The notes under the pieces are model-generated. The model was not told the DNA's origin. It ran no database searches and saw only the letters and a program-made list of their open reading frames with translations. A stretch of DNA of 64,000 nt from Eledone cirrhosa (lineage: Eukaryota): positions 58,342,001-58,406,000 of the forward strand of contig OZ024742.1 of assembly GCA_964016885.1 (NCBI GenBank), written 5' to 3'. This document shows, one piece after another, positions 1-16,212 of the stretch. A program made the translations under genes and the position numbers. The number at the start of each line of letters is the position of its first letter. The first letter of the stretch is position 1.

Positions 1-2741
<2,741 letters not shown>

Positions 2742-3350
2742 TGGTGGCTGCCAACTCGTTTTCGAGTACGGCCACTACTTTATATCCATGTAGGAGAACC
2801 CCTACCGATGCGCTGAACGAATGTGACTTTTTAGTCCAGCCAGCGACTTGAAAACTCTGGTACAAAGACTACACTTGTGACCATTATTGACACATAGTGC
2901 AGGGCCCATGGTACCATGTGATGACAAGTGCAGAGAGATCTCCAGATATAAAGCAATGCCTGTGCTGTGAAGCTTTTATAGTGAGCAAAGGCACTGCACA
3001 AAGCCAGTCCCACTCTCTTAACCAAGATGATATTTACCAAAAAGAAGAACAAGTCAACATCATTGGATACCATCAGGGTTGCAGGTGTTATATCAGAGTT
3101 TTCCTTCTCCTAGAATTCTGCCTTGACAAAGGCTAAGGGGTCATCTCTCCCGGTGATTTTGGATCGCTATTGAGTCTTAAGAGCTCCCTTGCCCTTTGAC
3201 AGGTTTTGTTTTTAGTCCTGCAGGATGTCCAAAGTCACCCTCCTCACCAAGAAACCTTGGTGGGGTTGCCAGTTTAGTCGCCAACGACCCGACCATGAGA
3301 CAGGTTGTACTGGGATACATGTTACCAGTAGCACCAACTGGTGACCTGAC
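2742..3350 (-). mobile_element. ~600-bp non-coding retroelement with HDV-like head and RTE-type 3' tail
   Basis: Reverse complement matches 59219-59840 (GGTAACATGTAnCCCAGTACAACCTGTC..GGCGACTAAACyGGCAACCCCACCAAG). Its end (ACGAGTTGGCAGCCACCAT) resembles the end of the LINE at ~59195. Confidence 0.7.
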
Positions 3351-3431
3351 ATAAATACATATATACATACATACATATATACATACATATATACATACAT
3401 ATATACATACATACATACATACATACATACA

Positions 3432-3465
<34 letters not shown>

Positions 3466-3676
3466 CATATATATATATACATATATACATATATATATAC
3501 ATATATATATACATATATATATACATATATATATACATATATATACATATATATATACATATATATACATATATATATACATATATATACATATATATAT
3601 ATATACATATATATACATATATATATACATATATACATATATATATACATATATATATACATATATATGTATATAC
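3351..3676. repeat. (ATAC)n/(AT)n microsatellite
   Basis: Direct inspection. Confidence 0.95.
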
Positions 3677-4252
3677 ATGTTTTTTTTACTATTTATCTTT
3701 CATCGATTTTTTAGCTATTTTTATCTATTTCTTAAGCTATTTTTTATCTATTTATCTAATTTTTATTTATTTTTTTTATCTATTTCTTATCTATTTTTAT
3801 CTACCTCTTATCTATTTTTTATCTATCTCTACCTCTTAACTTGTGCCCATCCGTATATGATATGTTATTTGTATTAGTGTATACTGTATGTGCTGCATAC
3901 GGGTGCTTGTGTGTAGGTGCATGTGGGTGCTCATGCTTATGCATATAATTGTATGTAGCTGTATGTTAATGTAACCCTGCCCAACTGTGAGTGATAACAT
4001 CTCTTATTTTTTTATTATTTATTTTTTATTTTTTATTTATTATTTATTTATCTATTATTTTTTATTTTTCATTCTTATTTTTATTATTAATAGTATTATT
4101 ATTTTTATTCTTAATCTTATTTTTATTTTTATGTTTATTTTATTTTACTCCTCTTATTTTGCTCCTTAAACTCCTCCCAACTTATGGTATCCCCACATAT
4201 ATTCTTCTGTTTTGGCTTTGTCAATGCTTGTATACTTTGTATTTACTCTTTA

Positions 4253-4298
4253 TGCTCTGAAGAGTCCCACTTCTAGTGTGGACGAAACACTGTTAGCA
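4253..4298 (+). ncRNA. Type I hammerhead ribozyme motif in a PLE-like terminus
   Basis: TGCT-CTGAAGA-GTCC..GGAC-GAAA-CACTG-TT-AGCA: core plus stems I, II and a minimal stem III. Confidence 0.7.
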
Positions 4299-4428
4299 AT
4301 TAAAGATATACCTATGTTCTAAGCACTCTGTTGTTGTTAATTGTATACGGCTCTGTCCTCTGACATTGAGCTAACCATATACTGCCTATTTGATAAGTGG
4401 AGTGTTATACACTCCCAATTCTCTCCCT

Positions 4429-5110
4429 TATATATATACATATACACATATACACATATATATATATACACATATATACATATATATATATACACATATA
4501 TACATATACACATATATACATATACATATATACATATACATATATACATATACATATATATATATATATATACATACATATATATACATATATATATATA
4601 TATATACATATATATACATATACATATATATATATATATATACATACATATATATACATATATACATATATACATACATATATATACATATATACATATA
4701 TATACATATATACATATACATATATACATATATACATATACATATATACATATACATATACATATATACATATACATATACATATATACATATACATATA
4801 TACATATACATATATACATATATATACATATACATATATACATATATATATATATATACATATATATATACACATATATACACATATATATACATATATA
4901 TACATATATATACATATATACATATATATATACATATACACATATATATACATATATATACATACATATATATATATACATACATATATATATACATACA
5001 TATATATACATATATATATACATACATATATACATACATATATACACATACATATATATATACATACATATATACACATACATACACACATACATACATA
5101 CATACATACA
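4429..5110. repeat. (AT)n/(ATAC)n microsatellite
   Basis: Direct inspection. Confidence 0.95.
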
Positions 5111-5117
5111 GATAGGT

Positions 5118-5353
5118 AAATATATACGGGTGTGTATGATTGTGTATAGAAGATTATATTAATAAGAGGAATTCCAACTTTGTCTGATTTACTCGTTTTA
5201 TTTACAATCCCTTAAAATTTATAATGGTATTATAATGAAATAGTATGATAGAATATTAAATTCTAAGTGTTAATTGAACAAGTACTTTCATGCTTTCGCA
5301 ATCTTCAGGTTCATAATATGTGGTGACAGTCAAGTTTGCAATTTTCAACTGTA
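5118..5353 (-). mobile_element. Penelope-like pLTR fragment with hammerhead (5275-5313)
   Basis: Same sequence as 19230-19443 and reverse complement of 20278-20395. Minus strand reads TGAAC-CTGAAGA-TTGC GAAA GCAT-GAAA-GTAC-TT-GTTCA. Confidence 0.8.
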
Positions 5354-5636
5354 TATATACATATATATATACACATACATACACATACATACATATATAT
5401 ACACATACATACATATATACACATACATACATATATACACATACATACATATATACACATATATATATCTTATATAGTAATAATAATACATATGAAGACT
5501 AAAATCCAAAGAGGGCTCCATAGGGATAAATATATATCAATTATATAAGAACCGTAGAGCAAATATTTATTAAAATAACAGATTAAAGTTTAAGCAAAGA
5601 ATCGGCTGCTTTCACCCTTAATGGGATCTTCTGAAA

Positions 5637-5671
<35 letters not shown>

Positions 5672-6129
5672 TGAACGCAAAAGTAAATATTTCTAAGCCG
5701 ATCTTTCCCAATTGCACCTCTCAAGGGCAATGACACACGACCATGACCTCTCGCGTCACACAGTGATACAGAAGCCCCGACTTTCCACAGGAACATATAG
5801 ACAATATTTGTTTTATGTCCTATCAACTAATCCGACCTCCAAAATGCTTGCAATTGACTATTTCTTTAGCATATTAACAACAAATATGATTTCCACTGCA
5901 ATTAAAAATGACTAGCTTTGTGAATGGTTTTTCCACCCACTTTCTGCCTTCATTTTTCTACAAAGCTAATCATTGACGATAGGTTTCAAAGTTATATTCA
6001 TTCATAATATGTGAAAAAAATAGTCAACTGCGAGCATTGGTGTGATGTAAATGGTAATAAATTTACCATATGGTGAAGTATGGTTATAGTGTGGATTGGG
6101 GTAGATTAATGTGCTGTGGTGAGGATTTA

Positions 6130-9100
6130 AATTTCCACTTTGATTTATGTTAGAAAAAAATTTTTTCTTCATTTTTGCATGTGCTATCAACTTCCAAGAT
6201 GCTCACAGTGGATTATGCTTTTAGCATATTAACAAAAAATATGACTTCCACTGCAATAAAAAATGACTAGCTTTGTAAATGGTATTTCCACCCACATCCT
6301 CCCTCTTTTTTCTACAAAGCTAGTCATTTTCATCAGGTTTCCATGTCATAACCATTGATAATATGTGCATAAAATAGTAATTTGCGAGCACCATTTATGT
6401 CAAATTGGGTGGTAAGCACAAAATAAAAAAAAAAAATAAAAAAATTGCCTGATGAAAATTTGTCACACCAAAATTAATAGCTTGGTGTGATGTAGTATGG
6501 TGTGGTTTGGTGAAGTTTCTACAAAGATAGTCATTTTCGACAGGTTTCCATGTCATAATTATTGATAAGTAGAAAAAAAATAGTCAATTGGGAGCACCTT
6601 TAATGTCAGTTTGCGGGGTAAGCACACACACAAAAAAGAAAAAGGAAACGGGAAGAAAATGTTTCACACCAAGATCAATAGCTTGGTGTGATGTAGTATG
6701 GTGTAACTTGGTATGGTGTGGTTTGGTTTGGTTCGGTGAAGTTATGAAATGGAAACCAATTGTAAACGATAGATTCCCATGTCATATTCATTGATAATGT
6801 GTGGGAAAATAGTCATTTGCAAGCACCTTTGATGTTAGTTTGGGTGGTAAACACAAAAAATAAAAAAAAGCAGGTAGCAAATTTGTCACATTGATGTCCA
6901 TACCATGGTGTGATGTAAATGATAGGAGTATGTGTTCTGTAATAAATTTACCATAATATGGTGCTGTTTGATATGGTGTGGTTTGGGGTAGATTAATGTG
7001 GTGTGGTGTGCTTTGTTATAAGTAAGGAATTAAATTTCCACTTTGATTTATGTAAGAAAAAAATGTTTTCCTTCACTTTTGCATGTGCTATCAACTAATA
7101 CAACTTCTAAGATGCTCGCAGTACACTATGCTTTTAGCATATTAACAAAAAATATGACTTCCGCTGCAATAAAAAATGACTAGCTTTGTAAATGGTATTT
7201 CCACCCACATCCTCCCTCTTTTTTCTACAAAGCTAGTCATTTTCATCAGGTTTCCATGTCATAACCATTGATAATATGTGCATAAAATAGTAATTTGCGA
7301 GCACCATTTATGTCAAATTGGGTGGTAAGCACAGAATAAAAAAAAAAAAAAAAAAAATTGCCTGATGAAAATTTGTCACACCAAAATTAATAGCTTGGTG
7401 TGATGTAGTATGGTGTGGTTTGGTGAAGTTTCTACAAAGATAGTCATTTTCGACAGGTTTCCATGTCATAATTATTGATAAGTAGAAAAAAAATAGTCAA
7501 TTGGGAGCACCTTTAATGTCAGTTTGCGGGGTAAGCACACACACAAAAAAGAAAAAGGAAACGGGAAGAAAATGTTTCACACCAAGATCAATAGCTTGGT
7601 GTGATGTAGTATGGTGTAACTTGGTATGGTGTGGTTTGGTTTGGTTCGGTGAAGTTATGAAATGGAAACCAATTGTAAACGATAGATTCCCATGTCATAT
7701 TCATTGATAATGTGTGGGAAAATAGTCATTTGCAAGCACCTTTGATGTTAGTTTGGGTGGTAAACACAAAAAATAAAAAAAAGCAGGTAGCAAATTTGTC
7801 ACATTGATGTCCATACCATGGTGTGATGTAAATGATAGGAGTATGTGTTCTGTAATAAATTTACCATAATATGGTGCTGTTTGATATGGTGTGGTTTGGG
7901 GTAGATTAATGTGGTGTGGTGTGCTTTGTTATAAGTAAGGAATTAAATTTCCACTTTGATTTATGTAAGAAAAAAATGTTTTCCTTCACTTTTGCATGTG
8001 CTATCAACTAATACAACTTCTAAGATGCTCGCAGTACACTATGCTTTTAGCATATTAACAAAAAATATGACTTCCGCTGCAATAAAAAATGACTAGCTTT
8101 GTAAATGGTATTTCCACCCACATCCTCCCTCTTTTTTCTACAAAGCTAGTCATTTTCATCAGGTTTCCATGTCATAACCATTGATAATATGTGCATAAAA
8201 TAGTAATTTGCGAGCACCATTTATGTCAAATTGGGTGGTAAGCACAGAATAAAAAAAAAAAAAAAAAAAATTGCCTGATGAAAATTTGTCACACCAAAAT
8301 TAATAGCTTGGTGTGATGTAGTATGGTGTGGTTTGGTGAAGTTTCTACAAAGATAGTCATTTTCGACAGGTTTCCATGTCATAATTATTGATAAGTAGAA
8401 AAAAAATAGTCAATTGGGAGCACCTTTAATGTCAGTTTGCGGGGTAAGCACACACACAAAAAAGAAAAAGGAAACGGGAAGAAAATGTTTCACACCAAGA
8501 TCAATAGCTTGGTGTGATGTAGTATGGTGTAACTTGGTATGGTGTGGTTTGGTTTGGTTCGGTGAAGTTATGAAATGGAAACCAATTGTAAACGATAGAT
8601 TCCCATGTCATATTCATTGATAATGTGTGGGAAAATAGTCATTTGCAAGCACCTTTGATGTTAGTTTGGGTGGTAAACACAAAAAATAAAAAAAAGCAGG
8701 TAGCAAATTTGTCACATTGATGTCCATACCATGGTGTGATGTAAATGATAGGAGTATGTGTTCTGTAATAAATTTACCATAATATGGTGCTGTTTGATAT
8801 GGTGTGGTTTGGGGTAGATTAATGTGGTGTGGTGTGCTTTGTTATAAGTAAGGAATTAAATTTCCACTTTGATTTATGTAAGAAAAAAATGTTTTCCTTC
8901 ACTTTTGCATGTGCTATCAACTAATACAACTTCTAAGATGCTCGCAGTACACTATGCTTTTAGCATATTAACAAAAAATATGACTTCCGCTGCAATAAAA
9001 AATGACTAGCTTTGTAAATGGTATTTCCACCCACATCCTCCCTCTTTTTTCTACAAAGCTAGTCATTTTCATCAGGTTTCCATGTCATAACCATTGATAA

Positions 9101-11810
9101 TATGTGCATAAAATAGTAATTTGCGAGCACCATTTATGTCAAATTGGGTGGTAAGCACAAAATAAAAAAAAAAAAAAAAAAATTGCCTGATGAAAATTTG
9201 TCACACCAAAATTAATAGCTTGGTGTGATGTAGTATGGTGTGGTTTGGTGAAGTTTCTACAAAGATAGTCATTTTCGACAGGTTTCCATGTCATAATTAT
9301 TGATAAGTAGAAAAAAAATAGTCAATTGGGAGCACCTTTAATGTCAGTTTGCGGGGTAAGCACACACACAAAAAAGAAAAAGGAAACGGGAAGAAAATGT
9401 TTCACACCAAGATCAATAGCTTGGTGTGATGTAGTATGGTGTAACTTGGTATGGTGTGGTTTGGTTTGGTTCGGTGAAGTTATGAAATGGAAACCAATTG
9501 TAAACGATAGATTCCCATGTCATATTCATTGATAATGTGTGGGAAAATAGTCATTTGCAAGCACCTTTGATGTTAGTTTGGGTGGTAAACACAAAAAATA
9601 AAAAAAAGCAGGTAGCAAATTTGTCACATTGATGTCCATACCATGGTGTGATGTAAATGATAGGAGTATGTGTTCTGTAATAAATTTACCATAATATGGT
9701 GCTGTTTGATATGGTGTGGTTTGGGGTAGATTAATGTGGTGTGGTGTGCTTTGTTATAAGTAAGGAATTAAATTTCCACTTTGATTTATGTAAGAAAAAA
9801 ATGTTTTCCTTCACTTTTGCATGTGCTATCAACTAATACAACTTCTAAGATGCTCGCAGTACACTATGCTTTTAGCATATTAACAAAAAATATGACTTCC
9901 GCTGCAATAAAAAATGACTAGCTTTGTAAATGGTATTTCCACCCACATCCTCCCTCTTTTTTCTACAAAGCTAGTCATTTTCATCAGGTTTCCATGTCAT
10001 AACCATTGATAATATGTGCATAAAATAGTAATTTGCGAGCACCATTTATGTCAAATTGGGTGGTAAGCACAGAAAAAAAATAAATAAATAAATAAAAAAA
10101 TTGCCTGATGAAAATTTGTCACACCAAAATCAATAGCTTGGTGTGATGTAGTATGGTGTGGTTTGGTGAAGTTTCTACAAAGATAGTCATTTTCGACAGG
10201 TTTCCATGTCATAATTATTGATAAGTGGAAAAAAAATAGTCAATTGGGAGCACCTTTAATGTCAGTTTGCGGGGTAAGCACACACACACAAAAAAAAAAG
10301 GAAACGGGAAGAAAATGTTTCACAGCAAGATCAATAGCTTGGTGTGATGTAGTATGGTGTAACTTGGTATGGTGTGGTTTGGTTTGGTTCGGTGAAGTTA
10401 TGAAATGGAAACCAATTGTAAACGATAGATTCCCATGTCATATTCATTGATAATGTGTGGGAAAATAGTCATTTGCAAGCACCTTTGATGTTAGTTTGGG
10501 TGGTAAACACAAAAAATAAAAAAAAGCAGGTAGCAAATTTGTCACATTGATGTCCATACCATGGTGTGATGTAAATGATAAGAGTATGTGTTCTGTAATA
10601 AATTTACCATAATATGGTGCTGTTTGATATGGTGTGGTTTGGGGTAGATTAATGTGGTGTGGTGCGCTTTGTTATAAGTAAGGAATTAAATTTCCACTTT
10701 GATTTATGTAAGAAAAAAATGTTTTCCTTCACTTTTGCATGTGCTATCAACTAATACAACTTCTAAGATGCTCGCAGTACACTATGCTTTTAGCATATTA
10801 ACAAAAAATATGACTTCCGCTGCAATAAAAAATGACTAGCTTTGTAAATGGTATTTCCACCCACATCCTCCCTCTTTTTTCTACAAAGCTAGTCATTTTC
10901 ATCAGGTTTCCATGTCATAACCATTGATAATATGTGCATAAAATAGTAATTTGCGAGCACCATTTATGTCAAATTGGGTGGTAAGCACAGAAAAAAAATA
11001 AATAAATAAATAAAAAAATTGCCTGATGAAAATTTGTCACACCAAAATCAATAGCTTGGTGTGATGTAGTATGGTGTGGTTTGGTGAAGTTTCTACAAAG
11101 ATAGTCATTTTCGACAGGTTTCCATGTCATAATTATTGATAAGTGGAAAAAAAATAGTCAATTGGGAGCACCTTTAATGTCAGTTTGCGGGGTAAGCACA
11201 CACACACAAAAAAAAAAGGAAACGGGAAGAAAATGTTTCACAGCAAGATCAATAGCTTGGTGTGATGTAGTATGGTGTAACTTGGTATGGTGTGGTTTGG
11301 TTTGGTTCGGTGAAGTTATGAAATGGAAACCAATTGTAAACGATAGATTCCCATGTCATATTCATTGATAATGTGTGGGAAAATAGTCATTTGCAAGCAC
11401 CTTTGATGTTAGTTTGGGTGGTAAACACAAAAAATAAAAAAAAGCAGGTAGCAAATTTGTCACATTGATGTCCATACCATGGTGTGATGTAAATGATAAG
11501 AGTATGTGTTCTGTAATAAATTTACCATAATATGGTGCTGTTTGATATGGTGTGGTTTGGGGTAGATTAATGTGGTGTGGTGCGCTTTGTTATAAGTAAG
11601 GAATTAAATTTCCACTTTGATTTATGTAAGAAAAAAATGTTTTCCTTCACTTTTGCATGTGCTATCAACTAATACAACTTCCAAGATGCTCGCAGTGGAC
11701 TATGCTTTTAGCATATTAACAAAAAATATGACTTCCGCTGCAATAAAAAATGACTAGCTTTGTAAATGGTATTTCCACCCACATCCTCCCTCTTTTTTCT
11801 ACAAAGCTCG
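6130..11810. repeat. Tandem array, ~6 copies of a 912-918 bp unit; degenerate related flanks 5805-6130 and 11810-13050
   Basis: Landmark recurs at 6588, 7501, 8414, 9326, 10244 and 11162. The unit is built from one forward and three reversed sub-motifs. Confidence 0.95.
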
Positions 11811-12277
11811 TCATTTTCGACAGTTTTCCATGTCATAATTATTGATATGTGCGAAAAATAGTCAATTGCAGCACCTTTGATGTCAGATTGGGTGGTAAGA
11901 ACACACACAAAAAAAAAAAAAAGAAACAGGAAGAAAATTTTTCACACTGAGATCAAAAGCATGGTGTGATGTAGAATGGTGTAGTTTGTTGTGGTGTGGT
12001 TTGGATTGTTGTAGTTATGACATGGGAACCTATTGCAAATGTTAGGTTTCCATGTTATATACATTGATAATGTGTAAAAAAATAGTCATTTGTGAGCACC
12101 TTTGATATCAGATTGGGTGGTAAGCGCACACACAGAAAAAAAAGAAAAAAAACAGGAAGAAAAATGTTCTCACTGAGATTAATAGCATGGTGTGATGTAA
12201 TATGGTGTAGTTTGATGTAGTTTAATGTGGTATGGTTTTCCAACCTCCAACATGCTCACATCCGACTATGCTTTTAC

Positions 12278-12612
12278 CATCATCATCATCATTTTACGTC
12301 CACTTATCCCTGCTTGCAAGGGTGGGGCGGGAACTGATCCTGGCTTGATTTCTACAGCTGGATGCTCTTCCTAACACCAACCTCATTTACAGTTAGTGCT
12401 AGGTGGTTTTTGCCGTGGCACCTACACGACCACTTTGCAGTTGAATGATAGGGACCCCAGTCCCTATCATCTCATTTCTACAGCTGAGTAAACTGGAGCA
12501 ATGTGAAATAAAGTGTCTTGCTCAAGGAAACAACACCACCCGGTCTGAGAATTGAACTCACAACCTTTCGATTGCAAGGCTGCTGCTCTAACCACTAAGC
12601 CATGTGCCTCCA
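12278..12612 (-). mobile_element. tRNA-derived SINE with Nin/Deu-like core and RTE-derived (GAT)n tail
   Basis: Minus strand GGCTTAGTGGTTAGAGC..GAGTTCAATTC (A/B boxes) and CCTTGAGCAAGACACTTTATTTCACA; similar to 63129-63495. Confidence 0.8.
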
Positions 12613-13124
12613 TTACCATATTAACAACAAATATGACTTTCACTGCAATCAAAAATGACAAGCTTTGTGAATGGTATTTCCACCCACTTTCCGCCCTCTT
12701 TTCTACAAAGCTAGTCATTTTCAACAGGTTTCAAAGTCTTCATTGATAATATGTGCAAAAAATAGTTAATTGCGAACACTTTTAATGTCAGATTGGGTGG
12801 TAAGCACACACACACAAAAAAAGACAAAAAAAAGCAGGAAGAACATTTTTCACACCGAGTTCAATAGCATGGTGTGATGTAGTATGGTGTAGTTTGTTAT
12901 GGTGTGGTTTGGTTTGATGTAGTTTGGTATGGTTTGGTTTGTAGTTATAACATGGAAACCTATAATAAATTTACCAAGGTATGGTATAATCTGGTTTGGT
13001 GTAGTGTAGGTTAGTGTGGTGTGGTGTGTTATTGTATTGCATCGTATAGCGTGATTCTCTTTAAATTAAAATCATTAAAATGTAATGCCTATCTTCTATA
13101 TCTTAAAGAGTGACCTTAAATGTG

Positions 13125-15790
13125 AGCACGTGCACGTCAGCATTTGCATTAGTGTTTGAGTCAGTGTTAGCATCAGCGTTTGCATTTGTGTAGGGGTTAG
13201 CATTTGCGTCAGCATCTGCATCAGCATTCACATTAGCATTAGCGTTTGCGACAGCGTTTCCTTTAACGTCTTTGTCAGCATTTCCGTTAGCTTCTACGTC
13301 AGCATTTCCGTTAGCTTCTACATCAGCATCTCGTCAGCTTCTACGTCAGCGTTTCCGACCGTGTCTGTGTCAGTATTTACATCTACATCAGCGTCAGCGT
13401 TTCAGTTAACGTCAGTGTATACCTTAGCGTCTGTGTCAGCATTTACGTTAGCTTCTACGTCAGCGTTTCCGTAACGTCTGCGTCAGCGTTTCCATTAACC
13501 TTTCCTGTGGCGTCCGCATCATTGCAGCGTCTGCATATCCCATGTAAGCATTAACTTCAGCATTTGCGTCAGCGTTAGCGTTAGCCTTAACCCTAGCGTC
13601 CGCATCAGCATTTGCATTAGCGTCAGCATACACGTCAGCGCCTGGCAATACTGCCTCAACATTTGCGTCAGCATTAGCTTGGCTTTGGCTTCAGCAATCC
13701 GCATCAGCAATTGTGTTTTGGAGATCAGCTTCGGCGGTAAGGGTAAACGCTAACTTCTACGCCTGCTTCTACGTAACAACTACGTCAGCGTTTTGTGAGC
13801 TTCTACGTCAGCGTTTATGTTAGCTTCTACATCAGCATCTCGTCAGCTTCTACGTTAACATCTCCGTCATCGTTTACATTAGCTTCTACGTCTGCATCTA
13901 CATTAGCTTCTACATCAGCGCTTACATTAGTGTCTGTGTCAGCGTTTGTGTTAGCTTCTACGTCAGCGTCTGTATTTACATCTACATCAGCGTCAGCGTT
14001 TACATTTGCGTCTGTGTCAGCGTTTACGTTAGCTTCTACGTCATCGTTTACATTAGTGTCTGTGTCATCATTTACATTAGTGTCTGCGTCAACGTGTGTT
14101 AGCATCTGTGTCAGCGTTTATGTTAGCGTCTGCATCAGTGTTTATATTAACATCTGCGTCAGTGTTTACGTTAGCATCTGTGTTAACGTGTGTTAGCGTC
14201 TGCCTCAGCATTTTCATTAGTGTTTCCTTTAGCTTCTTCATCAATGTTTACGTCTGCGTTAAGGTTCACATTAGCATCGCTGTCATCGTTTGCGTCAGCA
14301 TTTGCGTTTGCTTTAACATCTGCATCAACATTTGCGTCTGTGTTTGCATTAGTGTCTGTATTTGCTTTAGTGTTTGCATGAGCGTGAGCATTTGTGTCAG
14401 TGTCCACGTCAGCGTTAGAGTCTGTGTAGCATTTACAGCAGTGTGTGTGTCAGAGTCTTTGTCAGCAATCGCCTTTGCACCTGCATCAGTATTCACGTTA
14501 ATGTTTGTGTCAGCGTAAGCGATTGTGTTAGTGTTTCCATTAGTGTTCGTGTTTGATTTTGTATTAGTGTTAGCATTTTTGTTAGTGTTAGTGTTCAGGT
14601 TAGTGTTTGTGTTAGTGTTCAGGTTAATGTTGACTTAGTTTTCTGGTTAGTGTTAGTTTTCAGATTAGGGCTCGTGTTACTTTTAGTGTTAGTGCTCAGG
14701 TTAGTGGTTTATGGTAGTGTTAGTGTTCAGGTTAATGTTCGTATTAATGTCAGTTTTAGTGTTAGTGTTCAGGTTAGTGTTTACGGTAGTGTTAGTGTTA
14801 TTTTTTCCATTAGTGTTAGTATTTTATTTTGTGTTAATGTTTGTGTTAGTGTTTCCATTAGTGTTAGTGCTAGTCTTTGTTTTTCTGTTAATGTTAGTGT
14901 TTGTTTTAGTGTTGAGGTTAATGTTAGCTTAGTTTTCTGATTAGTATCAGTTTTAGTGTTAGTGTTCAGGTTAGTTTTAGTGTTAAGGTTAGTGTTAGAG
15001 ATTGTGTTAGTGTTAGTATTTGTTTTTGTGTTAATATTTGTGTTAGTATCTCTGTTAGCATTAGTGTTTGATGTTTCCATTAGTGTTAGTGATTGTGTTA
15101 GCGTTAGTCTTTGTTTTTGTGTTAAGGTTAGCGTTAATGTTAGCATTAGTATTTCTGTTAGTGTTAGCATTAGTGTTTATGTTAGTGTTCAGGTTAATGT
15201 TAGCTTAGTTTTCAGGTTAGAGTTAGTGTTCAAGTTAATGTTAGTTTTAGTGTTACTGTTGAGGTTAGTGTTAGAGATTGTGTTAGTGTTTGTGTTAATA
15301 TTTGTGTTAGTATCTTTGTTAACGTTAGTGTTTGTTTTAGTGTTGAAGTTAATGTTAGCTTAGTTTTCTGATTAGTATCAGTTTTCAGATTAGTGTTTGT
15401 GTTAGTGTTACTTTTAGTGTTAGTGCTCAGGTCAGTGTTAGTGTTTATGGTAGTGTTAGTGCTAGTGTTCAGGCTAATGTTTGTGCTAATGTTAGTTTTA
15501 GTGTAAGTGTTCAGGTTAGTGTTAGTGTTTGTGTTAGTGTTTGTATTAGTGTTTACGGTAGTGTTAATTTTAGTGCTGGTGTTCAGGTTAGTGTTAGTGT
15601 TCAGGTTAGTGTTAGTGTTCAGGTTAGTGTTAGTGTTCAGGTTAGTGTTAGTGTTCAGGTTAGTGTTAGTGTTCAGGTTAGTGTTTGTGTTAGTTTTCTA
15701 TTTAATGTTTGTTTGTGTTAGTTTTCATGTTAGCGCTAAGTTCACTGTTAGAGCATGTGTGAGTGCAAGTGTTAGGGTAAGTGTTATTTT
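13125..15790. repeat. Degenerate hexamer low-complexity tract, (TCAGCG/TTAGCG)-like grading into (TTAGTG)n
   Basis: 6-bp periodicity; translates as D/N-A/T/V alternations on the minus strand and VLVF on the plus strand. Confidence 0.85.
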
Positions 15791-16137
15791 TAAAGTTCGG
15801 TTTTAGCTTAAAGTTCGGTTTTCTACTTTCCAGGAAAAAAGTTGATCCTCTCTAACTTGAGTGGTGTGATATAGTGTGGTAAAGTATAGTGTTTCATAGT
15901 CTTGTGTGGTGTTGTCTATTGTTGTATAGTGTAGTATGGTATATTGTTTCATAGCATGGTCTGATGTGAGGTCGTACAGTGTTTCGTAGTGTGGTGTTGG
16001 ATAATGTGGTATGGTATAATGTTTGTCAGTGTGGTGTGGCATGGTATAGGTTGATGTAGTGTGGCTTAGTTTGATTATAATAATACAAATAATAATAACA
16101 ATAATAATAGTAATAATAATTGTTCTTGTTCATTTTC

Positions 16138-16212
16138 TTTGACTTCTTCTGTGCCTTTGACTTCTTCTGTGCCTTTGACTTCTTCTGTGCCTTTGACTTC
16201 TTCTGTGCCTTT
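16138..16212. repeat. 18-bp minisatellite (TTTGACTTCTTCTGTGCC) x4
   Basis: Direct inspection. Confidence 0.9.

Noticed and set aside
6588-11368. Six copies of a 68-aa ORF
   Set aside because: TTG start, includes A-tract and GTGTG repeats; a by-product of the satellite unit
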